Assembly (NCBI GenBank): GCA_000002445.1
Contig: CP000070.1
Location: 2,016,001-2,080,000 of the forward strand
Length of the DNA stretch: 64,000 nucleotides
Reading direction: 5' to 3'
DNA from: Trypanosoma brucei
Taxonomy: Eukaryota
Each line of letters begins with the position of its first letter. Position 1 is the first letter of the stretch. The notes under the pieces were generated by a model that worked only from the letters and a program-made list of their open reading frames with translations, did not search any database and was not told where the DNA came from. Made by a program: the position numbers and the translations under genes. Shown piece after piece: positions 43,911-55,700 of this stretch.

Positions 43911-44078
43911 GCGTGGAACACATTCAGCTACCATCCTTTTGAGGTAAGCAAGCGACATACAAGGAAACTTTACCCGTGAGTTTGTAGTGATCCACTGCAC
44001 TGTTGGTGCCCTATTTTTGACTCTTCTTTGTTTTGTAGTCCCCTCTATCGTGGACACACCTTGCTTTCCACTCAACAA
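43770..44078 (-). pseudogene. chimeric gene fragment: first 53 codons of the 1298-aa Ser-rich gene fused in frame to the last ~49 codons of the kinesin
   Basis: The 102-aa ORF starts MLSGKQGVSTIEGTTKQRRVKNRAPTVQ.ITTNSRVKFPCMSLAYLKRMVAEC, which matches the N-terminus of the CDS at 16457. It ends ...FVPSVRCLPAPVEEVFIPVADCPACMTVPLRRSRATQSESCETSL, which is identical to the C-terminus of the kinesin CDS ending at 22317. The fusion lies exactly at the B|A duplication junction (about 43910-43918). Confidence 0.55.
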
Positions 44079-46858
44079 CTACGGTGTATCTACCGCAGTG
44101 GCGGCGCAGCACACATCAACCAAAGAATCAGAGAGAAGAGAATGTGTGACAGTAGTGAATGTGGAATGAAGGGGAAGTTTGACAACAACAACAGTGAAAT
44201 ATTACACATGTAAAACAGTTTGCGAGTAGCCCTGTTGTGGAAAGAAAAGAGGGTACACCGCCCCACACAACACGATATGTCAGCACGCAGTGCAACGGGG
44301 AGGGGAATCCGAATAGCACTACAACGGAAGCACATCACGTGCAATGACAAATATCATCCTTGATGAAACAGGTGACGGTAACATCTCCTCACTTTTCCAT
44401 AGGAGTACTGTCTCGTTTACTCATCTTCCACTTGCTCACTTCGATATTAAGATGTGTGAGAAAACCAACCCAACCCAAGGGCAGCATTTCAGTCTCCTTC
44501 ACAATGACTGTCCATCCCACATCACGCCGCTTTTCCATCCCGAAGTCCGGAAGATCTCCGTTACTTCGTAGTGCTTATTGTGCCAACTCCTCACCACCGC
44601 AACAGATAATGTGTAAAACGATGCCAAGGAAGAACCAACAGAGGTGTAGCGAAGTAAATTGACACACCCAAGCACAAACATATAGCAATTAGGATCAGCT
44701 GACGGTATGGCAAACCAAGGGACCATGGCTGCCACCAACACACGTCAACTCGTTACCAACCGTGACGATTCTTAGCGGACTCGAGCACCACGACAGGCGT
44801 ACGCACTGTGTGGATCTTCGGCGGTATCGGCATGTGGTCGCAGACAATCTCCTTGCAGTCAGTGAGTGTGCATGGGACACCGATTATATCATCCAAGCGT
44901 ATTGAGCCACACCGTTCCAGCAGTAACTTCCCAATGGCCTTTTGGGACGCCAGCTTCTTGAGGCCCTCCGCTGCAATAGGGATGGCGCAGAGTCTCAGAA
45001 CGCAAGACCGGATGGCACTTTTGTCGGCACTGATTTTTTCGAGTAACTCGCAGTCACTCAAACTCAACTCCTCGAGAGTCTTTATGGCAAATACAGGATC
45101 AACGTGTGTCAAGTGCTTGGCGTTTCTCACACATAGCGACCGCAGTGCTTCACACCGCGAGAGGTCTTCAATTTCCTTATTCCCCACGAAGGGACCCTCG
45201 AGTATCAACTTGCTGAGCTCCGGCAGCGAGGCGATGGCAGCAAATTCGGAGACGCTGCGCAGCCCACAAATATACAATTCCCTCAGTTTCTTCGGCGATG
45301 CCAACTTCGATACGTTCAGCTCCCCACCACAGTACCAGAGTCGAAGGCACGTGAGATTCGTGGCCGACTCACAAATGGTTTCCAATGTGGTGGTGGAAGC
45401 AGACCCGCTACACAACCCGAGGGTCTCCAATGGAGATCTCCGCCCGGGGAACACCACCTCGGGTGAGTCATCCAAAAACAGCCTGCGTAGATTCCGCAGG
45501 GATGCGATGTCCTTAGAAGTCTTTTTACTGAGTGTCGAGCAGAATCGCAGGTCGACTTCGCTCAGGGATGTGCTGTACAGCTTTCCCACACATTCATCAG
45601 TCACCGCAGTAGCCCGCAATAGGAGCTTCTCCAGCGGTGGCGCACAGTCCACAGGGCCAACAATTCTTGCACGACTGCATAGGCTGAGGTCCAACACCTT
45701 CAGCGACCTCAGGTTGGTCAATGGGCTTATGTCAACAATTTCCTTGTTCCCGCTGAGGATCACCTCCTCGAGCGTAGTGAATGCTGATAGTGCCTTCACA
45801 TCGGCATCCGTTACGCCGCTATTCGTCAGGCGCAACACACGAAGTAACGGCAGCTCGGTTCCCCACTCGAACGTAGAACGAACACCCACATTGTCAAGAC
45901 ATAACTCCACCAATTTCTTGCAGTTTTTCAGTGAGATCTTGCTATGCACCGCCGAGCAATCCCCAAGCCGCAGCACCTTTAACGACACACAATCATGAAA
46001 ATACTCGACAAGTCCATTGCCAACGATAAGGGAGGTTCCGGTAATAACCAATCGTCTGAGAATTGGCCACGTCAGTGTGTCAGTGAAGGCATTCATGTTG
46101 GGACAGTTCTCAATGGTGATGCTATCGAGAAACAGGGCATTCCCTAAGAATTTGGCATCCTGTAACATCGAGATATTCTTCATTACAATCTCACGCAGTT
46201 TCTCAAGGGACTCCACACCTTTCTCCCATTCGTTATCCAGCCGTGTACCATGCAGGATAAGCGTTTGGAGGCAGGGGAATTTACCGATACACGACATGTT
46301 GGCTACAGCACCCGGCCCGATTTCCAACAGGTATAACCCTTGATTGTTGAGTAGCTCGAGGTCCAGGCGTCCACAACACCGTCGGAGGCGCAATTCTCCC
46401 ACATCGCCCTTTAGTGATGAGAGTTCTTTCAGATTAAACCCCGGGTCGTCGACAACAATCACGTCTGCGGGGTCATCACATTCAAGTGGTGCGTTCTTAT
46501 CGCAGTTTATAACTGCCTTCCACGTGACTGGTCGTCTCCGATATTCATCATACTCTTCCCGCAGCTTTTCGTGTTCCGCTGCCACCATATGGACATGATT
46601 GCGCAGTTCTGCGACCTCCTCCCGCAGCTTCTCCACATCTTCATTGGTTACCATTTGTTCCTCACCTTCAGAGCGGCTTCGCTTCGCCATCGCGCCTCCC
46701 CCTTTGCCTTTTGTATTTTTGGTGAGGGAAAGAGTGTGGATTGTGTAAAAAGGTGGAAAGGGCGATTTGAGTGACGTAAGAAAGGAAGGCTTGGGGAAGA
46801 AGTGGAGCTGCACACCCAGCGACTTTGGACAATACAAACGGGTGTAACACTGTGCTGA
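43918..46858. repeat. segmental duplication block A, copy 2
   Basis: See copy 1. Preceded directly by block B copy 2. The junction sequence is ...acaaacatgc|gtggaa|cacattcagctaccatcc... Confidence 0.85.
44753..46690 (-). CDS. leucine-rich repeat protein, cysteine-containing LRR type (LRRP/ESAG8-like), copy 2
   Basis: About 99 % amino-acid identity to copy 1 over 646 aa, with a handful of substitutions (MAKRSRSEGEEQ vs MVKRLGSEGGEQ, SLRNL, SVTPL). Intact reading frame. Start at 46690 (cat at 46688-46690). The track ORF extends to 46963 into copy-specific upstream sequence. Confidence 0.65.
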   Translation of the reverse strand: MAKRSRSEGEEQMVTNEDVEKLREEVAELRNHVHMVAAEHEKLREEYDEYRRRPVTWKAVINCDKNAPLECDDPADVIVVDDPGFNLKELSSLKGDVGELRLRRCCGRLDLELLNNQGLYLLEIGPGAVANMSCIGKFPCLQTLILHGTRLDNEWEKGVESLEKLREIVMKNISMLQDAKFLGNALFLDSITIENCPNMNAFTDTLTWPILRRLVITGTSLIVGNGLVEYFHDCVSLKVLRLGDCSAVHSKISLKNCKKLVELCLDNVGVRSTFEWGTELPLLRVLRLTNSGVTDADVKALSAFTTLEEVILSGNKEIVDISPLTNLRSLKVLDLSLCSRARIVGPVDCAPPLEKLLLRATAVTDECVGKLYSTSLSEVDLRFCSTLSKKTSKDIASLRNLRRLFLDDSPEVVFPGRRSPLETLGLCSGSASTTTLETICESATNLTCLRLWYCGGELNVSKLASPKKLRELYICGLRSVSEFAAIASLPELSKLILEGPFVGNKEIEDLSRCEALRSLCVRNAKHLTHVDPVFAIKTLEELSLSDCELLEKISADKSAIRSCVLRLCAIPIAAEGLKKLASQKAIGKLLLERCGSIRLDDIIGVPCTLTDCKEIVCDHMPIPPKIHTVRTPVVVLESAKNRHGW

Positions 46859-47714
46859 GAATGCTTTCACCTTCTCTCTGCTTAACTCTCCCCATGCATT
46901 TGGCCGTGAGCACCAGATATCCCTTCGGATGCTGAGAATGGCCTCTGAGGAACTGTGCACCACTTCTTGGCAAGCGTAGATTCCACCGGAAGTTATTTAG
47001 TGGTTGCGCAAAAATAGGATTGGCGAATGTTTCCGTAGATTGATGCTTTGTTCCCCAGATCTTTCTCTAGTATAAAGTATGTTGAGCACTTACAAATTCG
47101 TACGTTATGTCAAAACCTTCTCATATTTGGTAATTCAGGAGCTTTTTACAAAAAATCTCATTTACCAACACTGTTTTGCATTTTGCAGAGAAGGCAAATA
47201 ACCGCAAAAAATTCTACGCAGACCACATGAGCTTTGGTGGGGCGTAATTTGTACATGTAAAACGTGTACATGGAGTTTACAGTTGTTAAACACATGCACT
47301 GGAAAGCCTCAAACAATAGGAGCAGCAGTAACAAGTAGACGTGCTTGTAATGATGGATGAAAAAGATGTGCTTGTAGCGGAGTGTTGCCGCCCAGTAAAG
47401 CAAGTACCGCCCAAAGATTAATGACCCCCCTTCCCCGAAGATACCGGTGTCGTTACCGCCAAGCGAACCAGTTAAAGCAAAAACAAAAAAAACACAAAAA
47501 AGCGAAGTAAGGCGTACATGCTTACGCTTGTAAAGGGATATAATACATAAAAAATGTAAAAAAGAAGTATGGTAAGTTAAAGGAGGCGGGGGGGGGGAGA
47601 GGGAAAGGAACAAAGGACTGGGTAAATCGTTGTCGTAACAGCTTCTTGTGGTAACTGAGGGCGGGATAACTCAAGAAAAGCAACCTTTTAAAAACTCATC
47701 GGGGTATCTCTGCA

Positions 47715-50700
47715 TTACACTCCGACACTGCCGGGCCGTGTTCGCCGGAACTTTGGCTGCGACAGGCGCTCCGACAAGCAGCGCTGCGCCTCTACGGCTT
47801 TGGGCCCGTGCGGTATCTCTCGGATTAGGACATACGGCCTGCCTTGCTCGTCCAGCTTTACCTCCTCTAAAACCACTACGGAGGTTGACGATGTGTCCTC
47901 ATTCCTTTTCCCCTCCTGTGATATTGTCCGCCTTATACTCCGGCGGCGCAGTAGAGGGGAATCTCCTGTATCCTGCCGCCCTGAACAGCTAAACGCTCGT
48001 GTTGGCTGCCACGTTGATTTTCTTCTCGCCGACGTGGACGAAAGCTCCCTTAGTAGCAGCCTTGTCACATCTGCCGTGCGACGGGTGCCACCGCATGAGC
48101 TTACGCTCATACTGCGCGCAGGATCCGTTCTTTTCGATGGCGTTGGACCCGTTCGATCCCGCCGCCGGTCGTGGGCAGCGCTGAAGTTGGAAGCATGTGG
48201 TGCCCGAACATTCCTAACCGGAGTATTGGACCCGGCGCTTGATGAGCTGCGAGGCCTAAACGCCCAGCGGAGGTCTACTACGGGAATGGCAACGCCGCCC
48301 ACATTTCGCTCGGTGGTGGCTGCTGAGGGATCACTGCCTTCCGGCCCGGTCTTTCTAGAGGTTCCTGTCGGCGCGTCATCCATCCACGAGGCTGAGGTGG
48401 ACAGAGAGCCGGGCACGCGACCACTAATACGCTCATCGCTCACGTGGAGCTTTTCAGCACATTGTCTACGCGAGCGTTGCGATTCTTCCTTACTAGGTGA
48501 CCTGCAAGTTTCCCGTTGTGTCTCGAAAACTGACGGCTTGCACGGAGAAACGTTTGTGGAAAGTTTCTTGTCGGGGGGCACTGTGGAAGATATGCATCCA
48601 TCTGCGTCGATGACCCTCGCTGGTGCCTTCAGGTTACGGTCTCGTTTCAAACCGTCAGCATCTGATGGGGCTGCAGCCATGCCGGCTGGTGTTCTGCGTC
48701 TCTCCGCGCTACTATGACCACTCTCAGCTGCACGGGTTCCCCTTCCCTTGCGTGTCGAGTCCCGTGTCTCATCTTTGGGCTCGGCAGATAGTCTCCGTTC
48801 TTGCATTTGGCTCGCCTTTCGCTGGCTCAGATTTTTATGCAGGTCAGCTGCACCGTCGCCGCGGGCGTGGCTACGTCTACGTGCCATATGGCTGCACCTG
48901 TGCGTGCAGGTTGAGCGGCAACAGCAACAACTGGGTGAGCGGTCGAATGTGTGTGACGCGCGACGTGGGCGGTCTGCCCGGCCCGAATCACTGGAGCGAC
49001 ACCGGTCGCTCGTGTAGTTGTCTCTGGTGCTCATTGAGCGCGAGGACCTCCTTCTTCCACCACTGACGTACCCCATCGAAGACGGAGGAGGAGCACCGGG
49101 CAACAGGAAGTCCAAACAACCTCTGCCGTGCCTCCACGGGGACCTCCTTTCTTCCCCTTCGTGCATGTATCCGGTGCAACGGCCGCCGTGGAGTGCTCGC
49201 CTGGTCGGCGTCCTCATGCAGGTTAAGCGAGAGGACTTGTGCCTACGCGATTCTTCCATCTCTTGCTTAAGCAGAAAGTACAACTTGTACACGTCTGTTG
49301 CACGGAATATAGAGGATGGCGAAGAGGAACGATCGTTATGGGAGGCACCACGGCTACGCCCATGCGCTTTAGTCCTACGTTGCCCCCTGTCGGTGTAACC
49401 GTGCGTGTGGCCTGGCTGATGCCCACCATGCTTGTCTGGTGAAGTTCCCCCCTTGTCACATTTATCTCCCGAATATGATTCCACGGATGCATCGCTGTCG
49501 GTGTCACTGTCTTCTTCCTCTTCCCTCTCGTCTTCGCTGCTGTCGGGTTGCGGTGGCCTCCGTTTCTTATTCTGCCCTACACGGCAATCAACCAATTTGG
49601 AAGCTGAAGGCTTACGCCGTGGCGAAGGTTTCTTCACCGGACTCGAAGTGTCCTTTTCCCTTTCCTTAGTACGACCGCGACTGTGACGATCGTTGGCTCC
49701 TACTGGTGTGGCTCTTTTGCCCGAGCTGGACGGACTGCGATTTGGTTCCCTGCAGTTCGTTGCCGTGCTCTTTACTTCCCGTAGGACCTCCTCACCTCGT
49801 TCGGACGCTATTTCACCGTGGTGGGAACGTGGGGGATGCGTGGACCGCTTATCCTCTCCCCGCGTGCCGCCGTGTTCTCGCTCATCTGTGGCATGTTTTC
49901 TATTCGGTTCGGGACTCTTGGCCTTCTGAATTTCTCGGATTACCCTTCCCGCCCCCGCTCTAGAGGTGTTGACAGTGGGTGACACATCATTACTTACTGT
50001 CTCTTTCTTTTGAAAAGAAGTTACACCACTTCCCGTTGTGGATGCCCCTGTGCCAACACCACTTTTAACCACGGGCTGGGGTGGTGTTGGAGTTTCTTTG
50101 GGGGTGACGGCAGGGGAGGGGATGCGTTCCTTAGTAGGCTGAGTTTCTTCGTGCTTCGTTTTCATTGGGGCGGTGCCCTTTACTGGCGCCGCATGATTTG
50201 CGAAAGGTGCGGGGGTTTCCAAACTTTTGGCCTCAGCTGGAGCTTCTTTGACAACAGGTTCAACATTATCAGCACGTCTCGGTGCCTGCGTTGCGCTACT
50301 TTCCTGATTTCGACCAGTCATACCGCGGCGATCGTCTGACTTTTTTACTTTCTCCGTGGTCGTCGGGATCTCTACTGTTGCCCGCTTCTTGGCCTTCGCG
50401 TCTACCTCCTCGGAGTCCGAATCTGAATCGGAGTTACGGGGGCGGGGCACCGGCATGGACATGATGGGTTTCAGCTGCGCGTTGCGGTTGCGCTGATTAC
50501 CAATACCAACAGCACTGAGTCCGTCACTGCTGCTGCTGTCATCATCTAAAGCTCTTGTTGTAGATAAAGAGGCTGTCGCTCCCTCATCCTTCTGCCTCCT
50601 TTTGTTCGTTTGGTTTTTCTCGTGAGAGGCGGACTGGATCTCCCGGGAGGAAACGGGGTTGGATCTTCGTTTCCCACTGGAACAAGGTGTGTCGGCTGCC

Positions 50701-51671
50701 GGCAGTGTCCTGCTCTGCGTCATGTCAGCAGTATGACGCAAAGGCGATGCCCCACCCGTGCCACCGCTTCCACTTTGCATGACCCTTTGCCTAAAGGGTG
50801 TTGCATTAGCAGATTGAGAGTGTTTCGTAGGATCGACATAACTTGTTCCTGGTGTGGCGTTCGCCAGCATGTTTGAGCGGAACCGCTGCTCGGGGTCCGC
50901 TACAGGCTGTTGTAGCATCGTGTTGTGATTTCGTGCCGCCGGCGCTGATGCCTCTTCTTGTTGCTGCTGTTGCTCCGCATTCCCCTTTTTGTTTCCCTTC
51001 TTGAACACATTAAATATCCCCTTCACGGATCCCCATACTCCCTTTGAACTTGACTTCTTTGAAGCGGATGATTCTGTTGGAGCAGACTCCTGCTCCACTT
51101 TGTCTTCGGTGGTATTTGTGGTGGATGGGGGTGGTGCAACGGGACCGTGAGCAGCGGATCCCTGCTGGGGTTGTAAAGGCATAGTTTGACGCTGGTTGTT
51201 TATGTAAGGGTACAAATGCGTGTTCTGGTGCAGTGGAGGCTGCGAAGCAGGAATCATACCACCTGGGTGCATCAAAATGCCGCTCCTGGAAAGAGGTGCC
51301 GGAGCCCCCGGGTTGTAAGGTTGGACCTGAGACGGGTCCTGCCTGAAAGTCATTGGTCGCATTTGGGGTTGACAGAAGCGTGGGTCCATTCCCTCAGCAA
51401 CTCTAAGTGGGGATTGCTGACTAACGAGCCTTGGGTCTCCTCGCGACAAGTGCCGGACGTTTGGGGCCATTCCCCCGGGACCAACTAACATATAATTCCC
51501 TGGCGGTGGTTGCCCTGGTGGTGCCTGACCAGCGGCCAACCCACCCCGCGGTTGCGCATTCGCTGTTCCATACCCGTGCTGCATCTGCACGGGCACACTT
51601 CCTGGGGGAGCGGAGCCCAACATGTCGGTAAGTGACAGCTCCTTATCCCTTTCCGCCTTCTTTTTTCCCAT
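47715..51671 (-). CDS. hypothetical protein, 1318 aa, Pro/Gln-rich N-terminus and Ser/Arg/Asp-rich body
   Basis: Continuous 3.96 kb minus-strand ORF. N-terminal Pro/Gln/Gly-rich region (PPGQPPPGNYMLVGPGGMAPN...). SDSDSDSEE and RS/SP-rich stretches. Cys cluster SPSCCCCRSTCTHRCSH. No catalytic motif recognised. Confidence 0.5.
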   Translation of the reverse strand: MGKKKAERDKELSLTDMLGSAPPGSVPVQMQHGYGTANAQPRGGLAAGQAPPGQPPPGNYMLVGPGGMAPNVRHLSRGDPRLVSQQSPLRVAEGMDPRFCQPQMRPMTFRQDPSQVQPYNPGAPAPLSRSGILMHPGGMIPASQPPLHQNTHLYPYINNQRQTMPLQPQQGSAAHGPVAPPPSTTNTTEDKVEQESAPTESSASKKSSSKGVWGSVKGIFNVFKKGNKKGNAEQQQQQEEASAPAARNHNTMLQQPVADPEQRFRSNMLANATPGTSYVDPTKHSQSANATPFRQRVMQSGSGGTGGASPLRHTADMTQSRTLPAADTPCSSGKRRSNPVSSREIQSASHEKNQTNKRRQKDEGATASLSTTRALDDDSSSSDGLSAVGIGNQRNRNAQLKPIMSMPVPRPRNSDSDSDSEEVDAKAKKRATVEIPTTTEKVKKSDDRRGMTGRNQESSATQAPRRADNVEPVVKEAPAEAKSLETPAPFANHAAPVKGTAPMKTKHEETQPTKERIPSPAVTPKETPTPPQPVVKSGVGTGASTTGSGVTSFQKKETVSNDVSPTVNTSRAGAGRVIREIQKAKSPEPNRKHATDEREHGGTRGEDKRSTHPPRSHHGEIASERGEEVLREVKSTATNCREPNRSPSSSGKRATPVGANDRHSRGRTKEREKDTSSPVKKPSPRRKPSASKLVDCRVGQNKKRRPPQPDSSEDEREEEEDSDTDSDASVESYSGDKCDKGGTSPDKHGGHQPGHTHGYTDRGQRRTKAHGRSRGASHNDRSSSPSSIFRATDVYKLYFLLKQEMEESRRHKSSRLTCMRTPTRRALHGGRCTGYMHEGEERRSPWRHGRGCLDFLLPGAPPPSSMGYVSGGRRRSSRSMSTRDNYTSDRCRSSDSGRADRPRRASHTFDRSPSCCCCRSTCTHRCSHMARRRSHARGDGAADLHKNLSQRKASQMQERRLSAEPKDETRDSTRKGRGTRAAESGHSSAERRRTPAGMAAAPSDADGLKRDRNLKAPARVIDADGCISSTVPPDKKLSTNVSPCKPSVFETQRETCRSPSKEESQRSRRQCAEKLHVSDERISGRVPGSLSTSASWMDDAPTGTSRKTGPEGSDPSAATTERNVGGVAIPVVDLRWAFRPRSSSSAGSNTPVRNVRAPHASNFSAAHDRRRDRTGPTPSKRTDPARSMSVSSCGGTRRTADVTRLLLRELSSTSARRKSTWQPTRAFSCSGRQDTGDSPLLRRRSIRRTISQEGKRNEDTSSTSVVVLEEVKLDEQGRPYVLIREIPHGPKAVEAQRCLSERLSQPKFRRTRPGSVGV

Positions 51672-52787
51672 TAAGGAGGCGGCGGAAGAAACCGGAAGAA
51701 AATCGCCCTAAAAGGATTCCCGGCTCTTCCTAGCTCCTCGTATTCCTGGCTTGCACTTCGTATATATTTGTATAAATCTATATCTCTCAGTATAAACAAT
51801 TATGTATATGTGTGTCTATCTATAGTTTACTTTCCTTCTCTGCCTCAGCCTTCCCCCTGGCTGCAGAAGGCTCGAAACAGGTTTACTTAATATATATGTT
51901 TGCAGTGAAGGGTAAAGTGGGAAGAGGGTTAATGTAGAAATGGAAAGGAGGGTGTTTGACTGAACGCCAAACTACTTTCCACGCACACCTCTAAGTAGCA
52001 GAGGAGGAGGGTGTGCAAAAACAAACACACACACACACGCAGAAAAAGGAAGCGGGAAATGGGCCGATACGGTCATTTTTTTTTTCAAAATTAACTTGCT
52101 TATTGCTTCTTAGTTTGTAACTAAAGAAGATGTCTGGGGCGGGGATGGCAACATATAGCCACTCGAATTGTGCAAAGGTTGGCGCGGGGGCGCCCTCTTA
52201 CGCTATACACTTCATTTTTACCTCCTTCATTTTCTGAAGAATTCTGTGCGTAAGGTACAACAAATATCAACATTCAGTTTCTATCGAAACCAACTCAACG
52301 TATGCCTGAAAAAAAAAATATCTATGCGTTCTAACCCCCATACAAATGTCAAAACAAAAAAAAAACACACGTACGGGGCCATGTTTCTATGGCACATATA
52401 TGATAGGAGAACAAAGAAAGCCATTGCTGTCTGCGTCACCCCATTCCACTCCCTCTTTTTCTCCACTCAGCAGCATGCCCTGTGGCGCGGGGGAATGATA
52501 TCTGCTGCGTAAAGATTCTACATTCCTTTCCCTTTCCTCCCTTTCGGCGGCCGCATCAGCTGTTCGGTCGTCACACGTCGTGGAGTGTGTTTGCTCCCAC
52601 CCTCACCAGACAATTGCCGTTTTGTAAGCGGCACCTGGACCGGCCATCTTGTACCATATCCCATCTCCCAATGGAGTACTACGTGATGTCTCGCCATATG
52701 CTTCCCCACTCTCTGACGCTTAAAACGGCGCCACGTATCGGCATGCGTGCGTCATGTGCCACACTTTGGACATTTGTTCGCGACCGC

Positions 52788-55700
52788 TCAAGCAGCACGC
52801 ATAGATTTGGGGAATCTGAAGGCCGGACCACCGTGGGTCTCGGTAGGGTACGGGTGGTAATATTCACCGGGACCCACGCCATTGCCTGCTTCAAACTCAG
52901 CGAAGCGATCGGCAGAAGCGAATGTGAAGGCAAGTACGGTGGGTCTTGCGTCAACGGGGTGGTGATATTCACCGGGACCGGGTGCGTCCTCCTGGGCAGA
53001 TTCCAGCGTCATAGAGCGTGGCCCCCTGCCGAAGGTAAATGCGGGGCCGGGTTTTAAGACGACTGGGCCACCTGTTAGATATGCCCCCGGTCCTGGAACA
53101 TCTTCTGCTCTGCACTGCACCTCCCGCTCCGCTGCCCCAAACGGTACGGCCTTTTGGTTTAGTGTGGAAGGGATAACGTACGCTGCAGGCCCGGGTGTTG
53201 CGTTCACCCGCACTTCAAATACGGCTGTCGAATCAACGGTGGGCAATGGACCGAAGGAAACTGCACGAGTTGTTTCGGTAGGTCGTGGACAATAGGCACC
53301 GGGGCCAGGGACATCTTCCGTTTGGCGGCCATCGCCGTACGTTGGTTTCCCTTTCAGAGTGAAGGCGGGACCTGAATGGCATTGCTGCATGTATCGATCC
53401 GTGTCGTAACTTCCGGGCCCAGGTAAACCATCACTGTTCTCGGCAGCGCCCGATGGCTTCCCCTTCACCGTAAAAGCTGGTCCCGGTTTAAACTGTTCTG
53501 CGTAGCTGCTTACGTTGTAGCTTCCGGGACCGGGGACGTCGGCGTCGACCCCGTCGCTGGTCACTTGTTTTCCTTTGAGCGTGAAGGCAGGGCCCGACTG
53601 AAATTGTTCCGTATAGCGGCTAACGTCGTAGCTACCGGGGCCAGGTACATCGGCGCTACCTTCAACTTGGGATGCTTTTCCTTTCAAAGTAAAGGCTGGG
53701 CCCGCCTGACACAGTTCCATGTAGCGATTGATATCGTAACTGCCAGGTCCCGGAGCATCAATACCATTCTCGCCATTATACGTGGCCTTGCCCTTTAGGG
53801 TAAACGACGGCCCTGCGTGGTGTTGTTCGAGGTAACGATTCGGATCGTAGCTCCCCGGACCTGGAGCGTCAGCTTCGTTGTCGTTTTGCGCTGATTTTCC
53901 CTTCAAAGTAAATGAAACCCCCGACTGACACTGCTTCAAATATCGATTCACATCGTAGCTTCCCGGCCCAGGAACGTCGCCATCGGCACTGTTACTGTTA
54001 AACGCATCCCTCCCTCGGAGAGTGAAGGCAGGACCCGCTTGACACCGCTCCAAGTACTGACTGGCATCATAGCTTCCAGGACCAGGGATATCAGGCCCCT
54101 TCTGCCCAGTGTCGCTTGGTTTCCCCCTTAACGTGAATGAAGGACCTGCCTGAGACTGTTCCATACAGCGATTGATATCATAACTGCCAGGTCCCGGAGC
54201 ATCAATACCATTCTCGCCATTATACGTGGCCTTGCCCTTTAGGGTAAACGACGGCCCTGCGTGGTGTTGTTCGAGGTAACGATTCGGATCGTAGCTCCCC
54301 GGACCTGGAACGTCAGCTTCGCTGTCATTGCCATTACACGCACCTTTTCCTCGAAGTGTGAACGCGGGTCCTGACTGAAACTGCTCCAAGTATCGGTTCG
54401 CATCATAACTACCGGGGCCGGGAATGCCAGCACTGTTTTCGTCAACGCAGGTTGGTTTTCCCTTCAACGAGAAGGCGGGGCCCATTTGGCACCTTTCCAA
54501 GTAGCTACTCGCGTCATAGCTTCCGGGACCGGGGACGTCAGCATCATGTCCGCCGACGGGGGCTGCTTTCCCTCTCAATGAGACCGACGGGCCGGCTTGG
54601 CATTGTTCGAGATAGCGATTTGGGTCGTAGCTTCCCGGACCAGGAACATCACCATTGCCACTGCTGCCGTTAAATGTACTTTTCCCTCGAAGAGTAAACG
54701 CACGACCCGCCCTACTTTCATCTATGTAGCGACTTGCATCGTAGCTCCCAGGACCAGGAAGGTCACCACCGTTTTCATTCTGTCCTGGTTTACTTTTAAG
54801 AGTGAATGCGGGCCCAGCTTGATATGCGTTCAGGTAACGGTTCGTATCGTAGCTACCGGGCCCCGGTACATCGGCATCTACCGTGGGGGCTTTCATGCGC
54901 TCTTCAGCACCAAAGGAATAGGTGTTGCCCGCTGTGGTGTTCCAGGTAGAGGGGATATCATAATCACCAGGTCCAGGACGCGATGAAGCATCATTCAGCT
55001 CTGCCGGCGAATGGCGCGGTGCCTGTGGGAACGACACACCATCCTTCGTACCTCTGGCCTCTGCGGGACTGTACGACGCCGGACCTGGACTCTCTCCCAC
55101 TGCGCCACCGCTGAGCCCAGGGAAGCGCTCGCTCGTGAAACGCATCGCTACGCCACCGTCCACAATACTCCCAAGCCCTCCACTGCTGACCTCGTAGTGA
55201 CCTGGTCCTGGCTGTTCTCTGAGATCGTTATTGTTGGCACCAACCCCTGTGGCAACACGGGGCGCTCGACCAATAAAGGGCCCTGAGGTCCGTTGCGCCG
55301 ATTGAATGCTGTATGCACCGGGCCCAGGTCCTTCGGTTTGGGCAGCTTGGCCATCTGGGAACCGCGCAGCCTTGACAAATGAAGTGGCCCCGCTCCCACC
55401 ATCGACCGCAGGAAATGCGGGCTGCACCGAGTACGTGCCAGGGCCTGGAAGTTCGGCTTTTTGCATATCAACCGCCATGCGATCCTGGGCAGCAGCCCGT
55501 CCGATGGAATACGCTATCCCCTCACGGTTTTCCACCCTTAGGTCGTAAGAACCTGGCCCTGGGGCATCTTCAATGCCACCCGTGTTTGCTACGTCCCTTT
55601 GTGCGGTGCCAAAAATAACGGAAGGTGTATCCGTCGGCAGCGCAGGGTTGTAGTGTCCAGGTCCCGGATGGTTTTGTCCACTGAGGTTGTTCAAACCTCC

